The notes below the pieces were generated by a model, which saw nothing but the letters and a program-made list of their open reading frames with translations, was not told the DNA's origin and did no database searches. The position numbers were made by a program, and so were the translations under genes. This document shows positions 29,495-39,619 of a stretch of 64,000 nucleotides of DNA, piece after piece (the first letter of the stretch is position 1; each line of letters opens with the position of its first letter). Where the stretch lies: the NCBI GenBank assembly GCA_002753665.1, contig PEAP01000004.1:1516-65515 (forward strand), written 5' to 3'. The stretch is from Magnetococcales bacterium DC0425bin3 (GTDB lineage: Bacteria; Pseudomonadota; Magnetococcia; Magnetococcales; DC0425bin3).

Positions 29495-31987
29495 TCACTT
29501 TTTCCGTTTTTTTTCTGGCTGGGGTTTGACTTCCATGGGGAAGTCCTCGCTCAGTCCGAAGCGATTCCGGTAGGCATCCACGTCCAGCTTGTGGGTGCGG
29601 GCCAGGTGGACCGGCAGGGACTTGAATTCCTTGCCGCACAGCAGGCAGACCACGCCATCCTTGCGCACCGCCTGGTCCAGGGGGACCGCGGGGGCCTGAT
29701 CACCGGCCGCCTCCGGGGAGGAATCGTTCTCGGCGGGGGGCGGGGTGAAGAAGCCATCCGGGATTTCCCGGGGTTCCAGCACCAGAGCCGCCAGGGGGGG
29801 CAGGGTGAGGCTGATGGAGTAGGGTCGCCCGTGGTGGGGGACCTCCTCGGCCGTCACCGACCCGCCATTGCCCATGTTGCTGCCTTGATACTGGGCGGAA
29901 TCGCTGTTGAAGAGTTCTTCGTAGGTGCCCGGCAGGGGGGCGCCGATGCGATAGCCGACCCGGGGGACCGGGGTGAAGTTGCACACGACCAGCAGCAACC
30001 CGGCATCCCGGCCCTTGCGCAACCAGGAGATCACCGACTGATCGTGATCGTGGCAGTCAATCCATTCGAAACCGCCCGGCTCGTGATCCAGTTGATGCAG
30101 GGCGGGGTGGTTCTTGTAGAGGTGGTTGAGATCCCGCATCGTCTTCCAGATGCCCTGGTGCAGGGGCACGTCGTTGAGCAGGTGCCAGTCCAGGCTCTGC
30201 TCGTGGTTCCACTCCCGGCCCTGGCCGAATTCCCCGCCCATGAACAGCAGCTTCTTGCCGGGGAAGGCATACATGAAGGTGAAGTAGGCGCGGAGATTGG
30301 CGAACTTCTGCCAGGCGTCGCCGGGCATCTGGTCCAGAAGGGAGCGTTTGCCGTGGACCACCTCGTCGTGGGACAGGGGCAGCAGGAAGTTCTCGTGGTA
30401 GGCGTAGAGCATCCCGAAGGTGAGCTTGTTGTGGTGGTAGCGGCGGTGGATGGGTTCCTTGCGCATGAACTCGAGGGTGTCATGCATCCAGCCCATGTTC
30501 CACTTGAAGCCGAAGCCCAGACCGCCCAGATCCACCGGGCGGGAGACCATGCCCCAGGAGGTGGACTCCTCGGCGATGGTGATGGCCCCGCCGCCCTGGG
30601 CATAGACCTCCTTGTTGAGGAGCCGCAGGAAATCGATGGCTTCCAGGTTCTCGTTGCCGCCGTAGCGGTTGGGGATCCACTGGCCTTCTTGGCGGCTGTA
30701 GTCGTTGTAGAGCATGGAGGCCACCGCGTCCACTCGCAGGCCGTCCAGATGGAATTCCTTGATCCAGTACAGGGCGTTGGCGATCAGGTAATTGCTGACC
30801 TCGGCCCGTCCGTAGTTGTAGATCAACGTGTTCCAGTCCGGGTGAAAGCCCTGGCGGAGGTCCTCATGTTCATAGAGTGCGGAGCCGTCGAAGCGTCCCA
30901 GGCCGTGGGGATCGGTGGGGAAATGCCCCGGCACCCAGTCCATGATGACGCCGATGCCCTCCTGATGGAAGCGGTCCACCAGATAGCGGAAATCATCCTG
31001 CAGCCCGAAACGATGGGTGGGGGCGAACATGCAGATGGGCTGATAGCCCCAGGACGGGTCGAAGGGATGCTCGGAAACCGGCAGCATCTCCACATGGGTG
31101 AAACCCAGGGCCTTCACATAGGGCACCAGCTGATCGGCCATTTCCCGGTAGGTGAGGTACCGGTTGCCATCCTCCGGCACCCGTCGCCAGGAGCCGAGAT
31201 GGCACTCGTAGATCGACATGGGGGCATGGTAGATGTCATGGGACCTGCGTCGGTCCATCCAGCCCTGATCGCCCCACTGATGGGTGACGGGGTGGGGCAC
31301 CACCGAGGCATTGCCCGGGGGGGCTTCGCACACTTGGCCATAGGGGTCCGATTTCAGGGGCAGGGTTTCGCCGCCGGGTCCCTTGATTTCATACTTGTAG
31401 AGGTCGCCCGGCTGCACCATGGGCAGGAACAATTCCCAGATGCCGCACTCGACCCGCAGCCGCATGGGATGGCGGCGACCGTCCCAACTGTTGAAAGGGC
31501 CCACTACGCTCACCCGGGAGGCGTTGGGTGCCCAGACGGCGAACAGGGTTCCCCTCACGCCGTCCAGGGTCTTGGGGTGGGACCCCAGGCGCTTGTAGAG
31601 TTCCCAGTGGCGGCCTTCCCGGAACAGGTAGGCGTCGATTTCGCCCAGGATGGACCAGAAGCGGTAAGGATCCTCCAAATCCACGGTGCCGGTATCGAAG
31701 CGCGCCCGGATCAGGTAGGGAAAATACTCTGTCTCATTCAGGGCCGAGGTGGCGAAGAAGCCCCAGTCGTGGACCAGATCCATGGGGGCGATCACCTGCC
31801 GATTGTCGCGGCGCAGCAGCTCCACTTGGCTGGCCCCCGGCAGAAAAGCCCGGACAGTCAAAAAACCGTCGCCGGTCTTGTGCATCCCCAGGAATCCAAA
31901 GGGATCCCGGCAATGGCCCGAGACCACCTGGTCGATCAGATGCTGAGGATGCAGGTTCGGATTGCTGCGGTCGTTTGGGGCGATCAT
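29495..31987 (-). CDS. glgB: 1,4-alpha-glucan branching enzyme fused to a C-terminal Ros/MucR-type C2H2 zinc finger
   Basis: 830 aa from ATG 31987. GH13 motifs [39 protein letters not shown]-terminal 57 aa [45 protein letters not shown] matches the Ros/MucR DNA-binding domain. Confidence 0.9.
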   Translation of the reverse strand: MIAPNDRSNPNLHPQHLIDQVVSGHCRDPFGFLGMHKTGDGFLTVRAFLPGASQVELLRRDNRQVIAPMDLVHDWGFFATSALNETEYFPYLIRARFDTGTVDLEDPYRFWSILGEIDAYLFREGRHWELYKRLGSHPKTLDGVRGTLFAVWAPNASRVSVVGPFNSWDGRRHPMRLRVECGIWELFLPMVQPGDLYKYEIKGPGGETLPLKSDPYGQVCEAPPGNASVVPHPVTHQWGDQGWMDRRRSHDIYHAPMSIYECHLGSWRRVPEDGNRYLTYREMADQLVPYVKALGFTHVEMLPVSEHPFDPSWGYQPICMFAPTHRFGLQDDFRYLVDRFHQEGIGVIMDWVPGHFPTDPHGLGRFDGSALYEHEDLRQGFHPDWNTLIYNYGRAEVSNYLIANALYWIKEFHLDGLRVDAVASMLYNDYSRQEGQWIPNRYGGNENLEAIDFLRLLNKEVYAQGGGAITIAEESTSWGMVSRPVDLGGLGFGFKWNMGWMHDTLEFMRKEPIHRRYHHNKLTFGMLYAYHENFLLPLSHDEVVHGKRSLLDQMPGDAWQKFANLRAYFTFMYAFPGKKLLFMGGEFGQGREWNHEQSLDWHLLNDVPLHQGIWKTMRDLNHLYKNHPALHQLDHEPGGFEWIDCHDHDQSVISWLRKGRDAGLLLVVCNFTPVPRVGYRIGAPLPGTYEELFNSDSAQYQGSNMGNGGSVTAEEVPHHGRPYSISLTLPPLAALVLEPREIPDGFFTPPPAENDSSPEAAGDQAPAVPLDQAVRKDGVVCLLCGKEFKSLPVHLARTHKLDVDAYRNRFGLSEDFPMEVKPQPEKKRKK

Positions 31988-32257
31988 GTCAGGTGTTCTC
32001 CTCTTTAGAGTCTGTCGCGGAATATGGCTATGGCAATGGGGACCATTCGCCCGAACCTGTCCCCCCATCCGTAAGGGGTTCCCGCGCCGGCGTCATGATA
32101 CCGGAACTGTCACTGTTCCGCCTAGGCTTTATTTTCCAATTCACCAGACGTTGAGCAAATCTGGCACGGATTTCTCAACTCCTCCCCCATGGAGCCCAGG
32201 GATGACAGGAATCCCGACGATCGGGACTGTCAATGATACAGCAGGGGGAGTGGACCG

Positions 32258-32431
32258 ATGGCAAGCATGCGTCAAAGTTTGGACAGAAGGACTGTGGAAC
32301 GGCTGGCGGCCATGGCCAACGCGGGGTTGCTGAGTGAGGAAGAGTTGGTCCGCTTCAACCGTCTGCTGGTGGTCATGCAGAAGAACATGGGGGCCTTTTT
32401 CGGACGGGAATGCCGGGTCCGGTTCGGCTGA
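32258..32431 (+). CDS. Candidate small protein (57 aa), unknown function
   Basis: MASMRQSLDRRTVERLAAMANAGLLSEEELVRFNRLLVVMQKNMGAFFGRECRVRFG. SD GGGGGAG lies 7 nt upstream. Below the ORF-track size cutoff. Sits in an otherwise empty 640-bp gap. Confidence 0.35.
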   Translation: MASMRQSLDRRTVERLAAMANAGLLSEEELVRFNRLLVVMQKNMGAFFGRECRVRFG

Positions 32432-32625
32432 TCGGGCGAAGCGACTCTCATTGATTTGGTCACAGCCTGGGGTGGAATATCCACCCCTCGATGGAGGATT
32501 GCAGCGATTTTCGGGCGCCTGGCTTGGGAGACAGCCGATTTCTGGTTGAAAAACCGGCATCTTCAGCTATAAGGATAGGCGGTTTGCAACCGTATCCATC
32601 CCCCGACCGAGTCAGGAGAGTCACG

Positions 32626-33123
32626 ATGGCGAAAATCACTCTGAAAGGCAATCCCATCAACACCTGCGGCAATCTGCCTGCCGTGGGGTCCGCTGCCCCC
32701 GACTTCAAGCTCACCAAGACCGACCTGTCCGATGTATCCCTGAAGGATCTGGCCGGCAAGACCGTGGTTCTCAACATCTTCCCGAGCATCGACACCCCGG
32801 TGTGCGCCGCTTCGGTGCGTCGCTTCAACAGCGAAGTGAACAAGATGAAGAACGCGGTGGTACTCTGCGTTTCCCTGGACCTGCCCTTCGCCCACAAGCG
32901 CTTTTGCGGCGCCGAGGGTTTGGAGCAGGTGATGTCGGTGTCCGAGCTGCGCGCCCGCGGCTTCGGCGAGGCCTATGGCATCCGCATCGTGGACGGTCCC
33001 CTTCAGGGTCTTCTGGGCCGGGCCGTGGTGGTGGTGGACGGCCAGGGCAAGGTGAAATACACCCAACTGGTGCCCGAGATCGTCGAGGAACCCAACTACG
33101 ACGACGTGTTGGCCAAGATCTGA
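32626..33123 (+). CDS. tpx: Thiol peroxidase
   Basis: 165 aa. MAKITLKGNPINTCG...FPSIDTPVCA. SD AGGAGAG upstream. Confidence 0.9.
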   Translation: MAKITLKGNPINTCGNLPAVGSAAPDFKLTKTDLSDVSLKDLAGKTVVLNIFPSIDTPVCAASVRRFNSEVNKMKNAVVLCVSLDLPFAHKRFCGAEGLEQVMSVSELRARGFGEAYGIRIVDGPLQGLLGRAVVVVDGQGKVKYTQLVPEIVEEPNYDDVLAKI

Positions 33124-33253
33124 TTTCGTTACCATGAAAGTCGCGCAACGGCTTTCGCAGCGGCTTTCATCGATCTTGATCGAAATTTTTCCCCTCCCCG
33201 GGACCGATGATCGGTCCCGGGGAGACTCTGCCCCATCCGTTCGTTTAGACGCC

Positions 33254-33949
33254 ATGGACCAGACCCGTCATCCAGCTACTGTCATTCCCGTGGGTGTCAG
33301 CGCCTGCTTGTTGGGTCGGGAGGTTCGCTATGACGGGGGGCACCGCCATGAACCGTGGGTTACCGGTTTGCTGGCTGACCGGTTCGAGCTGGTGCCGGTT
33401 TGTCCCGAGGTGGAAGCCGGCCTGGGTATTCCCCGGGAGTCGATGCGCCTGGAGGGGGCCACGGAGTCGCCCCGGGTGGTGGTCATCCGGACCCGACAGG
33501 ACCTCACCGCGACGCTGTCCGGATGGGCGACTGGTCGAGTGACGGAACTGACTGGTCTGGCCGGTTTCGTATTCAAGTCGCGCTCGCCATCCTGCGGCGT
33601 GATGGGGGTACCTCTGCATGGCCATGGGGACGATCCCCTCCCCCGGGGCCGGGGCCTGTTCGCCCAGGCCTTCATGGACCGCTGCCCCCTGGCGCCGGTG
33701 GTGGAGGACACCGCCCTGGTCGATCCGGTCCAGCGGGAGCAGTTCATCCAGCGGGTGGTGAGGTACCACCGGTGGTTGCGGTTGCCCGCCACCCTCCATC
33801 GAGACGAAGAGACCAAACGCCGTTGGGCCGAAACACAAGAGGCTCTGGACAGTGTCCGACAAGGTCACTTGATCGATGGAGAGGACCTCTTCGCCTGGAT
33901 GAAGACCTGGGGGAGCGATCGAGAATCCGATCCTCCACCTCGGCCATGA
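33254..33949 (+). CDS. DUF523-family protein (YbbK/TudS-like)
   Basis: 231 aa. VGVSACLLGREVRYDGGH...VPVCPEVEAGLGIPRE...SPSCG. Confidence 0.6.
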   Translation: MDQTRHPATVIPVGVSACLLGREVRYDGGHRHEPWVTGLLADRFELVPVCPEVEAGLGIPRESMRLEGATESPRVVVIRTRQDLTATLSGWATGRVTELTGLAGFVFKSRSPSCGVMGVPLHGHGDDPLPRGRGLFAQAFMDRCPLAPVVEDTALVDPVQREQFIQRVVRYHRWLRLPATLHRDEETKRRWAETQEALDSVRQGHLIDGEDLFAWMKTWGSDRESDPPPRP

Positions 33950-33964
33950 AGATCGGATTTGCCC

Positions 33965-35884
33965 CTACCGGCTCTCCAGGGCGGTAAAACGTTCCGCCAG
34001 GGTCGCTGTCGGAGTGCCGAACAGAAACACCTCCGCCCAGACCGCGAACACCAGCACCATCCAGGCCGCCTGGGGATCCTGATCCGGCAATCCGCCGACC
34101 GTCCGGGGGTCGAAGATATCCAGTTCCCGATAACGTCCCTGATGCAGCAGCCAATCCACCGCCGGACGCCAGGTGCGCTGTATCAGCTCCCGGAAGGGCA
34201 CATGATAGCCGAAGCCCAGCTTGCGGCCGTAGAGGATGGCCTGGGGCAGGTGGGGTTCCATGGCGCGCTTGGCCAGGGCCTTGTTGCGCCGGGAGGAAAA
34301 CAGCCCGGGGGTGGTCATGGGCCGGGGCAGGGTGGCGGCGAATTCGATCAGGCGGTGGTCGAGAAACGGGGAGCGGATTTCCAGGGCATGGTGCATGCCG
34401 GGGATGTCGGCCACCAGGTTGGTGCTGTGTTGGTGGTAGAGCATCAGGTCGCTGTAGCGCACCGTGTCCAGGTAGTCCCGGGGCTGGCATTCGGTGGTGT
34501 ATTCGTCCAGCCAGCGGCCGGGATGCAGGGACAGAATCCGTTGCTGGAAACCCGGGGTGAACAGCCGCCGGGCGGCGGCCCGGAAATGTTGTTCCATGGC
34601 CAGCCCCCGGCGCTGGGCCAGGGGGGCGCGGGCCCGGTGGCCGAGCGGGGCCAGGTGAGTCCCCAGAGCAGGGACGAGATCCCGGAGGCGATCGGGCAGA
34701 CGGCGCAGCAGGGGAAACAGCAGCTGCTCCTGGCGCAGGATGCCGTTGTATCCCGCATAGCCGCCCAGCACCTCGTCGGCGCCGTTGCCCCCCAGCACCA
34801 CCTTGACCTGTTGCGCCATGGCGGCGGCCAGGGGGTCCATGTACATCATGGGAAAGAGGTTCAGCGGCTGGCCGTACTGGGCCACGATGGCCGGCAAGCG
34901 ATTCAAACGCGGCGTGTCGAAGGGAATGGCATGGTGGTGGGAGCCGATCCGTCGGGCCACCAGCTCGGCGCGGTGGAATTCGGGATCGGGGCGGTCCCCC
35001 TGGCGATAGCCGACGCAGAAGGTCTCCAGGTCGGGCCGATGGCGGATGGCATGGACGGCGATGGAGCTGGAATCCACCCCTCCGGACAGCATGACGCCCA
35101 GCGGCACATCCGCCGCCAGGCATTGGGTCACGCTGCGGCCCAACAGTTCGTCATACCGTTCCAAGGCCGCGGGCCAGCTCCAGGCCGGCTGGTGGTCGGC
35201 AAAGGTCAGGCGCCAGTAGCGCCGCAGGGTGATCGTGCCGTCCTGCCAGCGCAGGCAGGTGGCCGGGGGCAGGGCCTGGATGCCGGCGAAGAAGGTCAGG
35301 GGCGCCGGACTGGCGCCGTAGATCAACAGATTGGCCACCGCCTCGGGATTCAACTGTGGACTCAGCTCCGGCAGACGCAGCAAGGCCTGGGCCTCCGAGG
35401 CGAAGAACAGGCGGTGGCCTAGCCGGGTGTAGTGGAGCGGTTTTTCGCCAATGCGATCCCGGGCCATGAACAGCCGGCACCGGGGGGCGTCCCACAGGGC
35501 CCAGGCGAACATGCCCACCAGGTGGTCCAGGCAGTCCTCGCCGAACTCCTCGTAGAGGTGCAGGATCACCTCCACATCGGTGCGGCTGCGGAAGACATGG
35601 CCCCGCTGGACCAGTTCGCGGCGCAGTTCCGGGGCATTGTAGATTTCGCCATTGCAAACCAGCACCAAGGTCCCATCCTCGTTGGTCATGGGCTGGCGGC
35701 CATGGACGGAAAGGTCGATGATGGCCAGGCGCCGGTGGCCGAAGGCGGCCTGCTCGTCCTGCCAGAAGCCGGCATCGTCCGGTCCGCGATGGGCCAGGGC
35801 GGCCGCCAGGGCCGCAACCCATTGACCCGTGGCCGCCGTGCGGCCTTCGGGAGCGGTAGAGATCATGCCGCAGATGCCGCACAT
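33965..35884 (-). CDS. Asparagine synthase (glutamine-hydrolysing) family amidotransferase
   Basis: 639 aa. N-terminal MCGICG nucleophile, RGPDD, and the SGGVDSS PP-loop. Confidence 0.9.
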   Translation of the reverse strand: MCGICGMISTAPEGRTAATGQWVAALAAALAHRGPDDAGFWQDEQAAFGHRRLAIIDLSVHGRQPMTNEDGTLVLVCNGEIYNAPELRRELVQRGHVFRSRTDVEVILHLYEEFGEDCLDHLVGMFAWALWDAPRCRLFMARDRIGEKPLHYTRLGHRLFFASEAQALLRLPELSPQLNPEAVANLLIYGASPAPLTFFAGIQALPPATCLRWQDGTITLRRYWRLTFADHQPAWSWPAALERYDELLGRSVTQCLAADVPLGVMLSGGVDSSSIAVHAIRHRPDLETFCVGYRQGDRPDPEFHRAELVARRIGSHHHAIPFDTPRLNRLPAIVAQYGQPLNLFPMMYMDPLAAAMAQQVKVVLGGNGADEVLGGYAGYNGILRQEQLLFPLLRRLPDRLRDLVPALGTHLAPLGHRARAPLAQRRGLAMEQHFRAAARRLFTPGFQQRILSLHPGRWLDEYTTECQPRDYLDTVRYSDLMLYHQHSTNLVADIPGMHHALEIRSPFLDHRLIEFAATLPRPMTTPGLFSSRRNKALAKRAMEPHLPQAILYGRKLGFGYHVPFRELIQRTWRPAVDWLLHQGRYRELDIFDPRTVGGLPDQDPQAAWMVLVFAVWAEVFLFGTPTATLAERFTALESR

Positions 35885-36002
35885 GGGTCAGGTTCCGGCG
35901 CTGCGGATTGGGAATCCATTAAAAACATGTTGCAAAAAGCAACAAATGTCTCCGGCATCGCCCAGTGGCATCGATTGATGTCGTTCAGGGGGCAAAGACC
36001 TC

Positions 36003-37088
36003 CTAGTATCCAAACAGTTGGCCAACGTCATGGGTCTCCCTGATGATGATATCTCGAACTTCCTGGGACAGGTGGTGGCCGCTGACCGTGGATGGGGAGA
36101 TATCGTTCAACAGCCGGAGGGATCGCTCCGATAATGGCGGCAGTTGGGCAAATTGGAGCAGCTTTGCAAATTCCTGTTCGGGAGCGGAGCAGAACTCTTC
36201 GTATTTGATCAGATGAATACGATCAGCCAGGGGGTTGTATCGATCAATCAATGTCGCCACAAACCGATAGACCTCGACCCATTGCCGGGCATATCCCAAA
36301 TGGTCCTGGCCTTCCTGCCAGGCCTGGAGGATGGGTTGGCAAGCCTCGGGGGACAGGCAGATGGGCACCCGTTGTGGACCGAATTCGAAGTGGCCGGCCG
36401 ACCGGAGATAGGTTGCCACCCTGGGGTCGTTGCGGGCATAGGTAGAAAACAGTTGGTGCTGGCGTACCAGTGAGTCCACATGGCTCAGGGGGTGACGGAT
36501 GGGAATGATGAAACGGGCCAGAGGGAACTGCCGGGCAAGCCAGGGGATGCGGGTGAAATTGTAGTTGCCTTTGGAAAGATAACGTCCTCCCTGTGCCGGA
36601 CCCCGAACCAGAATGAGTTTGCGGATGTGGGCCCGGAAAAAGGCGGAAAAAGCGGATTCTTTCTGCTCCGTATCCAGCAGATGGGACTGTTTTGGGTGAT
36701 GGCAATGCGGGAAAAAGAGGTGCCAGAGAGGTTCTTCGAAGGCCTCGGGACTGTCGGTGGTGATGAAGATTCGATCCTTGTGGGGCCGTTCTGCGGGTGG
36801 GCTGGAGCGGGCGAACAGGTGGGTGAAACGGTTCCAGAACACCGGTATCGTCAAAAAGGGAAAATCCCGGTAGCGGTGGGTGACCACTGCACCGGTATCG
36901 GACAACAATTGCAGGAGGATCGTGGTTCCCGAGCGGGCCAATCCGGTCAGAAATATCGGCCGATCAATGGTCAAGGGTCGCAGTTCGTTTTCAAGCAGAC
37001 GTGTTTCGAGGTTGCCCAACCAGATCCAGAATTCTGGGCAGCAAGCGGCGGTGCGGGCCAGCATGTAATCGATTTGCCGAAGATTCAT
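36003..37088 (-). CDS. PAPS-dependent sulfotransferase family protein
   Basis: 361 aa from ATG 37088 (ATGA overlap with the upstream ORF). 5'-PSB-like FLTGLARSGTTILL and 3'-PB-like IPIRHPLSHVDS. Confidence 0.7.
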   Translation of the reverse strand: MNLRQIDYMLARTAACCPEFWIWLGNLETRLLENELRPLTIDRPIFLTGLARSGTTILLQLLSDTGAVVTHRYRDFPFLTIPVFWNRFTHLFARSSPPAERPHKDRIFITTDSPEAFEEPLWHLFFPHCHHPKQSHLLDTEQKESAFSAFFRAHIRKLILVRGPAQGGRYLSKGNYNFTRIPWLARQFPLARFIIPIRHPLSHVDSLVRQHQLFSTYARNDPRVATYLRSAGHFEFGPQRVPICLSPEACQPILQAWQEGQDHLGYARQWVEVYRFVATLIDRYNPLADRIHLIKYEEFCSAPEQEFAKLLQFAQLPPLSERSLRLLNDISPSTVSGHHLSQEVRDIIIRETHDVGQLFGY

Positions 37089-37789
37089 CGTTTGCAGGTG
37101 CGTTTGATGAGGGATCCAAGGGAGGACAGGGTGAGGAAGACAAAAAAGATCAACTCCAGGTTGCTCAGGTAAGGCCAGAGCGGATTTGTTCTGCCATCGG
37201 AAGGACGCACCACGACGCACCCTGGAGTGGATTCCGGAAACAGGTCCTTTGGATCGGGGGTGGCAAAGCCCAGCGACTGGAACAGCAGACGATGGACCAG
37301 ATGGGGGCAGAAAGCATATTTTTCCAAAGAATCCTTCAGTAGAAACGTTCCAGACGTTCCTGTCAATACCACAGGGTCGTTGTGGTGCTGTTTATGCAAC
37401 GGGACGGGGGAGGGAGAGTCATTCACCAACAGCAGGGACAAGCCTTGAGGATGGATATCCAGAAAGCCTGGGGATCCCAGGATCCAGATGTCGGCCCTGG
37501 GTATGACCAGGGACAGAAACAGCCAGAGGGGCAACAGGGCCAACACCATCCCAACCAGGTTGCGAAAGGAATAGATTGCCACCATCCGAACCAGTTGCAG
37601 ATAGTTCTGCAGGAATTGATCGCCGGTGACATCCTGTAAGAGTTTCCGGGACATCCCGACCAGCTGGGACCAGAATGGCCGCTTTGGATCCCCCATGATC
37701 AGACGCTGCAACAGCCGGAACAAGATCCCACCGGCCGCCAATCCTGCCAGCGCGACCAGTCCTTGGGCCAGTACGGTTTCATTGGTCAT
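37085..37789 (-). CDS. Hypothetical membrane protein
   Basis: 234 aa with 3-4 hydrophobic segments. No motif recognised. Confidence 0.5.
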   Translation of the reverse strand: MTNETVLAQGLVALAGLAAGGILFRLLQRLIMGDPKRPFWSQLVGMSRKLLQDVTGDQFLQNYLQLVRMVAIYSFRNLVGMVLALLPLWLFLSLVIPRADIWILGSPGFLDIHPQGLSLLLVNDSPSPVPLHKQHHNDPVVLTGTSGTFLLKDSLEKYAFCPHLVHRLLFQSLGFATPDPKDLFPESTPGCVVVRPSDGRTNPLWPYLSNLELIFFVFLTLSSLGSLIKRTCKR

Positions 37790-37858
37790 GGGGGGGAAGC
37801 CGTTGATGCCGGCGGAGCGGAATCCGTTGCTGAGTCATCGGACCCCCAATGGCAGACT

Positions 37859-38260
37859 TTATTCGGGATGAACTGGTTTCGGGGACTCAAGAGAGACATT
37901 CTGGGATGCCGAGGCGCTTTTTTTGTTTGCCAGGAATCGTTTCAACAGGCGTAACGGATAAAATAAAAGACCTGCCAGGCCCAACAGAATGACCAGGACC
38001 ACGGAGACCAAGCTTCCCATCATGCCCAATCCCGCCCCCGGTCCGATATAGGCGTGGGCATTCTCGGCCCAGAGACACAGGATCGCCAACAGACTTGGCT
38101 GAAGAGCCTGTCGCAGAATGCGGAAGATTCTGGGGTATAAGGATGCGTCTCTGGAATCAATCGATGCCGCGCCATCCGACGAGCAGAGCGGCCATGGATG
38201 GCCATTCTGCGACCGACTCTGAAGTGCCAGCGGTAACGTATTCCTCGGAAGGGTGATCAT
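37859..38260 (-). CDS. Hypothetical small membrane protein (AYIGPGAG motif)
   Basis: 133 aa. Signal-like LLAILCLWAENAHA, then YIGPGAGLGMMGSLVSVVLVILLGLAGLL. Start uncertain. Confidence 0.4.
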   Translation of the reverse strand: MITLPRNTLPLALQSRSQNGHPWPLCSSDGAASIDSRDASLYPRIFRILRQALQPSLLAILCLWAENAHAYIGPGAGLGMMGSLVSVVLVILLGLAGLLFYPLRLLKRFLANKKSASASQNVSLESPKPVHPE

Positions 38261-38269
38261 GGGGAACCG

Positions 38270-39619
38270 TTACCTGACATTGAAAGGAAAGACCACGCCA
38301 AAGACATACTTGGCAGTGTAGATGGGGTGGAGCAATGGTCCCTCCTTGTTTTTGTCCCCATGGATGAACTCCCAGAGGATGGTCCCGGAGGACAGGTCGA
38401 TTTCCTGGACCAGTCCCTGATGGGTCAAAGCCAGCAGCAGCCGGTGGCCATTGGGGTGGATGTCCAGATGTCCTGCCGTTTCGGTGCCTGGTTTGTTGAT
38501 CCCTTTGCCGCCAGGCAATGGGTAGAGGAGCTGGGACAGGCCGCTGGCCAATTCGATGGCCAAGATTTGTGTGTCCCCATTAAGGTGTACGCCCCCCCGG
38601 TTGTCAAGAACCAGAATGGCAGAGCCATTGAGCCGCGGGCTGTGCTGGCGGATGGTGGTTCCGGTCGAGATCCATTTGAAACGGCGGGTTCCACCATCCA
38701 GAATTCCGACCATGTTGAGTTGCCGCAAGGAGACCAGCATGTCTCCCTCTTTCAGGAGGGGATGATCCGCAGCGAGCGCGGCATCAACGAGGCGAACATC
38801 ATTCAGGTGGGTGGGATCGCATTGATGGAATCCAGAGTCTTCATCATAGCCCCGGAACAGACCTGGCAGACCGGAATCGATCAAGGCCTTGAGAATGGAA
38901 ATCCGCTCCATGACAGTGCCATTGGGATCCAGAATGGCAATCTCGTCCGAGTTGAAAAGTCCCTGGTGACAAATCAAGTCGAAGCGGGTCGTACCGATGC
39001 GCCAGGGGGATTGCTCCAGACTGAGCGAAGGGGAATAAATACGGCCATCGACAGCCACCGAGAACCAGTGGTGATAGAAGCCTTCTTTTTTCCATATTAA
39101 ATTGGAATCCTTATCGAACCTGGCCATTCCAATGGCATATGGAAAAGTGTTCTCACCCTGATAGCTGACCAGCAAGTCACCGTTCTCGAACAGGTGCAGA
39201 CCTACGGGATAGATGGTCGAAAGCAGGGGAGCCTGGACCCGTTCCAGGTCGGCCCAGAGATCGGGATCAAAGGTCCAGACATGTTTGACAGAGCCTTTTC
39301 TGTCCATGAGCCAAGCAAGACAGCCCTGTTTGGGACAGTGGGATGTCAGTTGACCAGGACCGCCACTCAGCAGGAGCAGTTCGTCTCCTGCCAGAGGAGA
39401 TGAAGTATGGACAGTGGGTTCATCGATGCCCACAGGACGATTCTGATCGTTGACAAAGAATTTAGACAGATAAACCTGCGAAAGAGCATGTAGACTGGTC
39501 CACGCTTCCAAAAGAACCCCGTAAGGGAATATTTTGAGTTTCGAAACGGCGACTCCATAGGAGAATCCAAGCAGAACAAGCGAGAACAAAAAAAATAGCC
39601 GAGATATTCGATTGAGCAT
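38270..39619 (-). CDS. Arylsulfotransferase (ASST)-like beta-propeller protein with N-terminal anchor
   Basis: 449 aa. N-terminal TM LFFLFSLVLLGFSYGV. CDPTHLNDV resembles the ASST D..H.N motif. Repetitive beta-strand pattern. Confidence 0.5.
   Translation of the reverse strand: MLNRISRLFFLFSLVLLGFSYGVAVSKLKIFPYGVLLEAWTSLHALSQVYLSKFFVNDQNRPVGIDEPTVHTSSPLAGDELLLLSGGPGQLTSHCPKQGCLAWLMDRKGSVKHVWTFDPDLWADLERVQAPLLSTIYPVGLHLFENGDLLVSYQGENTFPYAIGMARFDKDSNLIWKKEGFYHHWFSVAVDGRIYSPSLSLEQSPWRIGTTRFDLICHQGLFNSDEIAILDPNGTVMERISILKALIDSGLPGLFRGYDEDSGFHQCDPTHLNDVRLVDAALAADHPLLKEGDMLVSLRQLNMVGILDGGTRRFKWISTGTTIRQHSPRLNGSAILVLDNRGGVHLNGDTQILAIELASGLSQLLYPLPGGKGINKPGTETAGHLDIHPNGHRLLLALTHQGLVQEIDLSSGTILWEFIHGDKNKEGPLLHPIYTAKYVFGVVFPFNVR

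Noticed and set aside
33131-33170. CCATGAAAGTCGCGCAACGGCTTTCGCAGCGGCTTTCAT after tpx, which resembles hairpin 1 of the repeat.
   Set aside because: Only the first ~16 nt are similar. It has no G-box or C-arm and pairs poorly. At best it is a decayed relic, so it was not counted as a copy.
33965-35884. AsnB homologue as a lasso-peptide cyclase.
   Set aside because: It retains the N-terminal Cys glutaminase nucleophile (MCGICG). No transglutaminase-like B protein or precursor peptide is nearby. It is more consistent with an EPS or metabolite amidotransferase.
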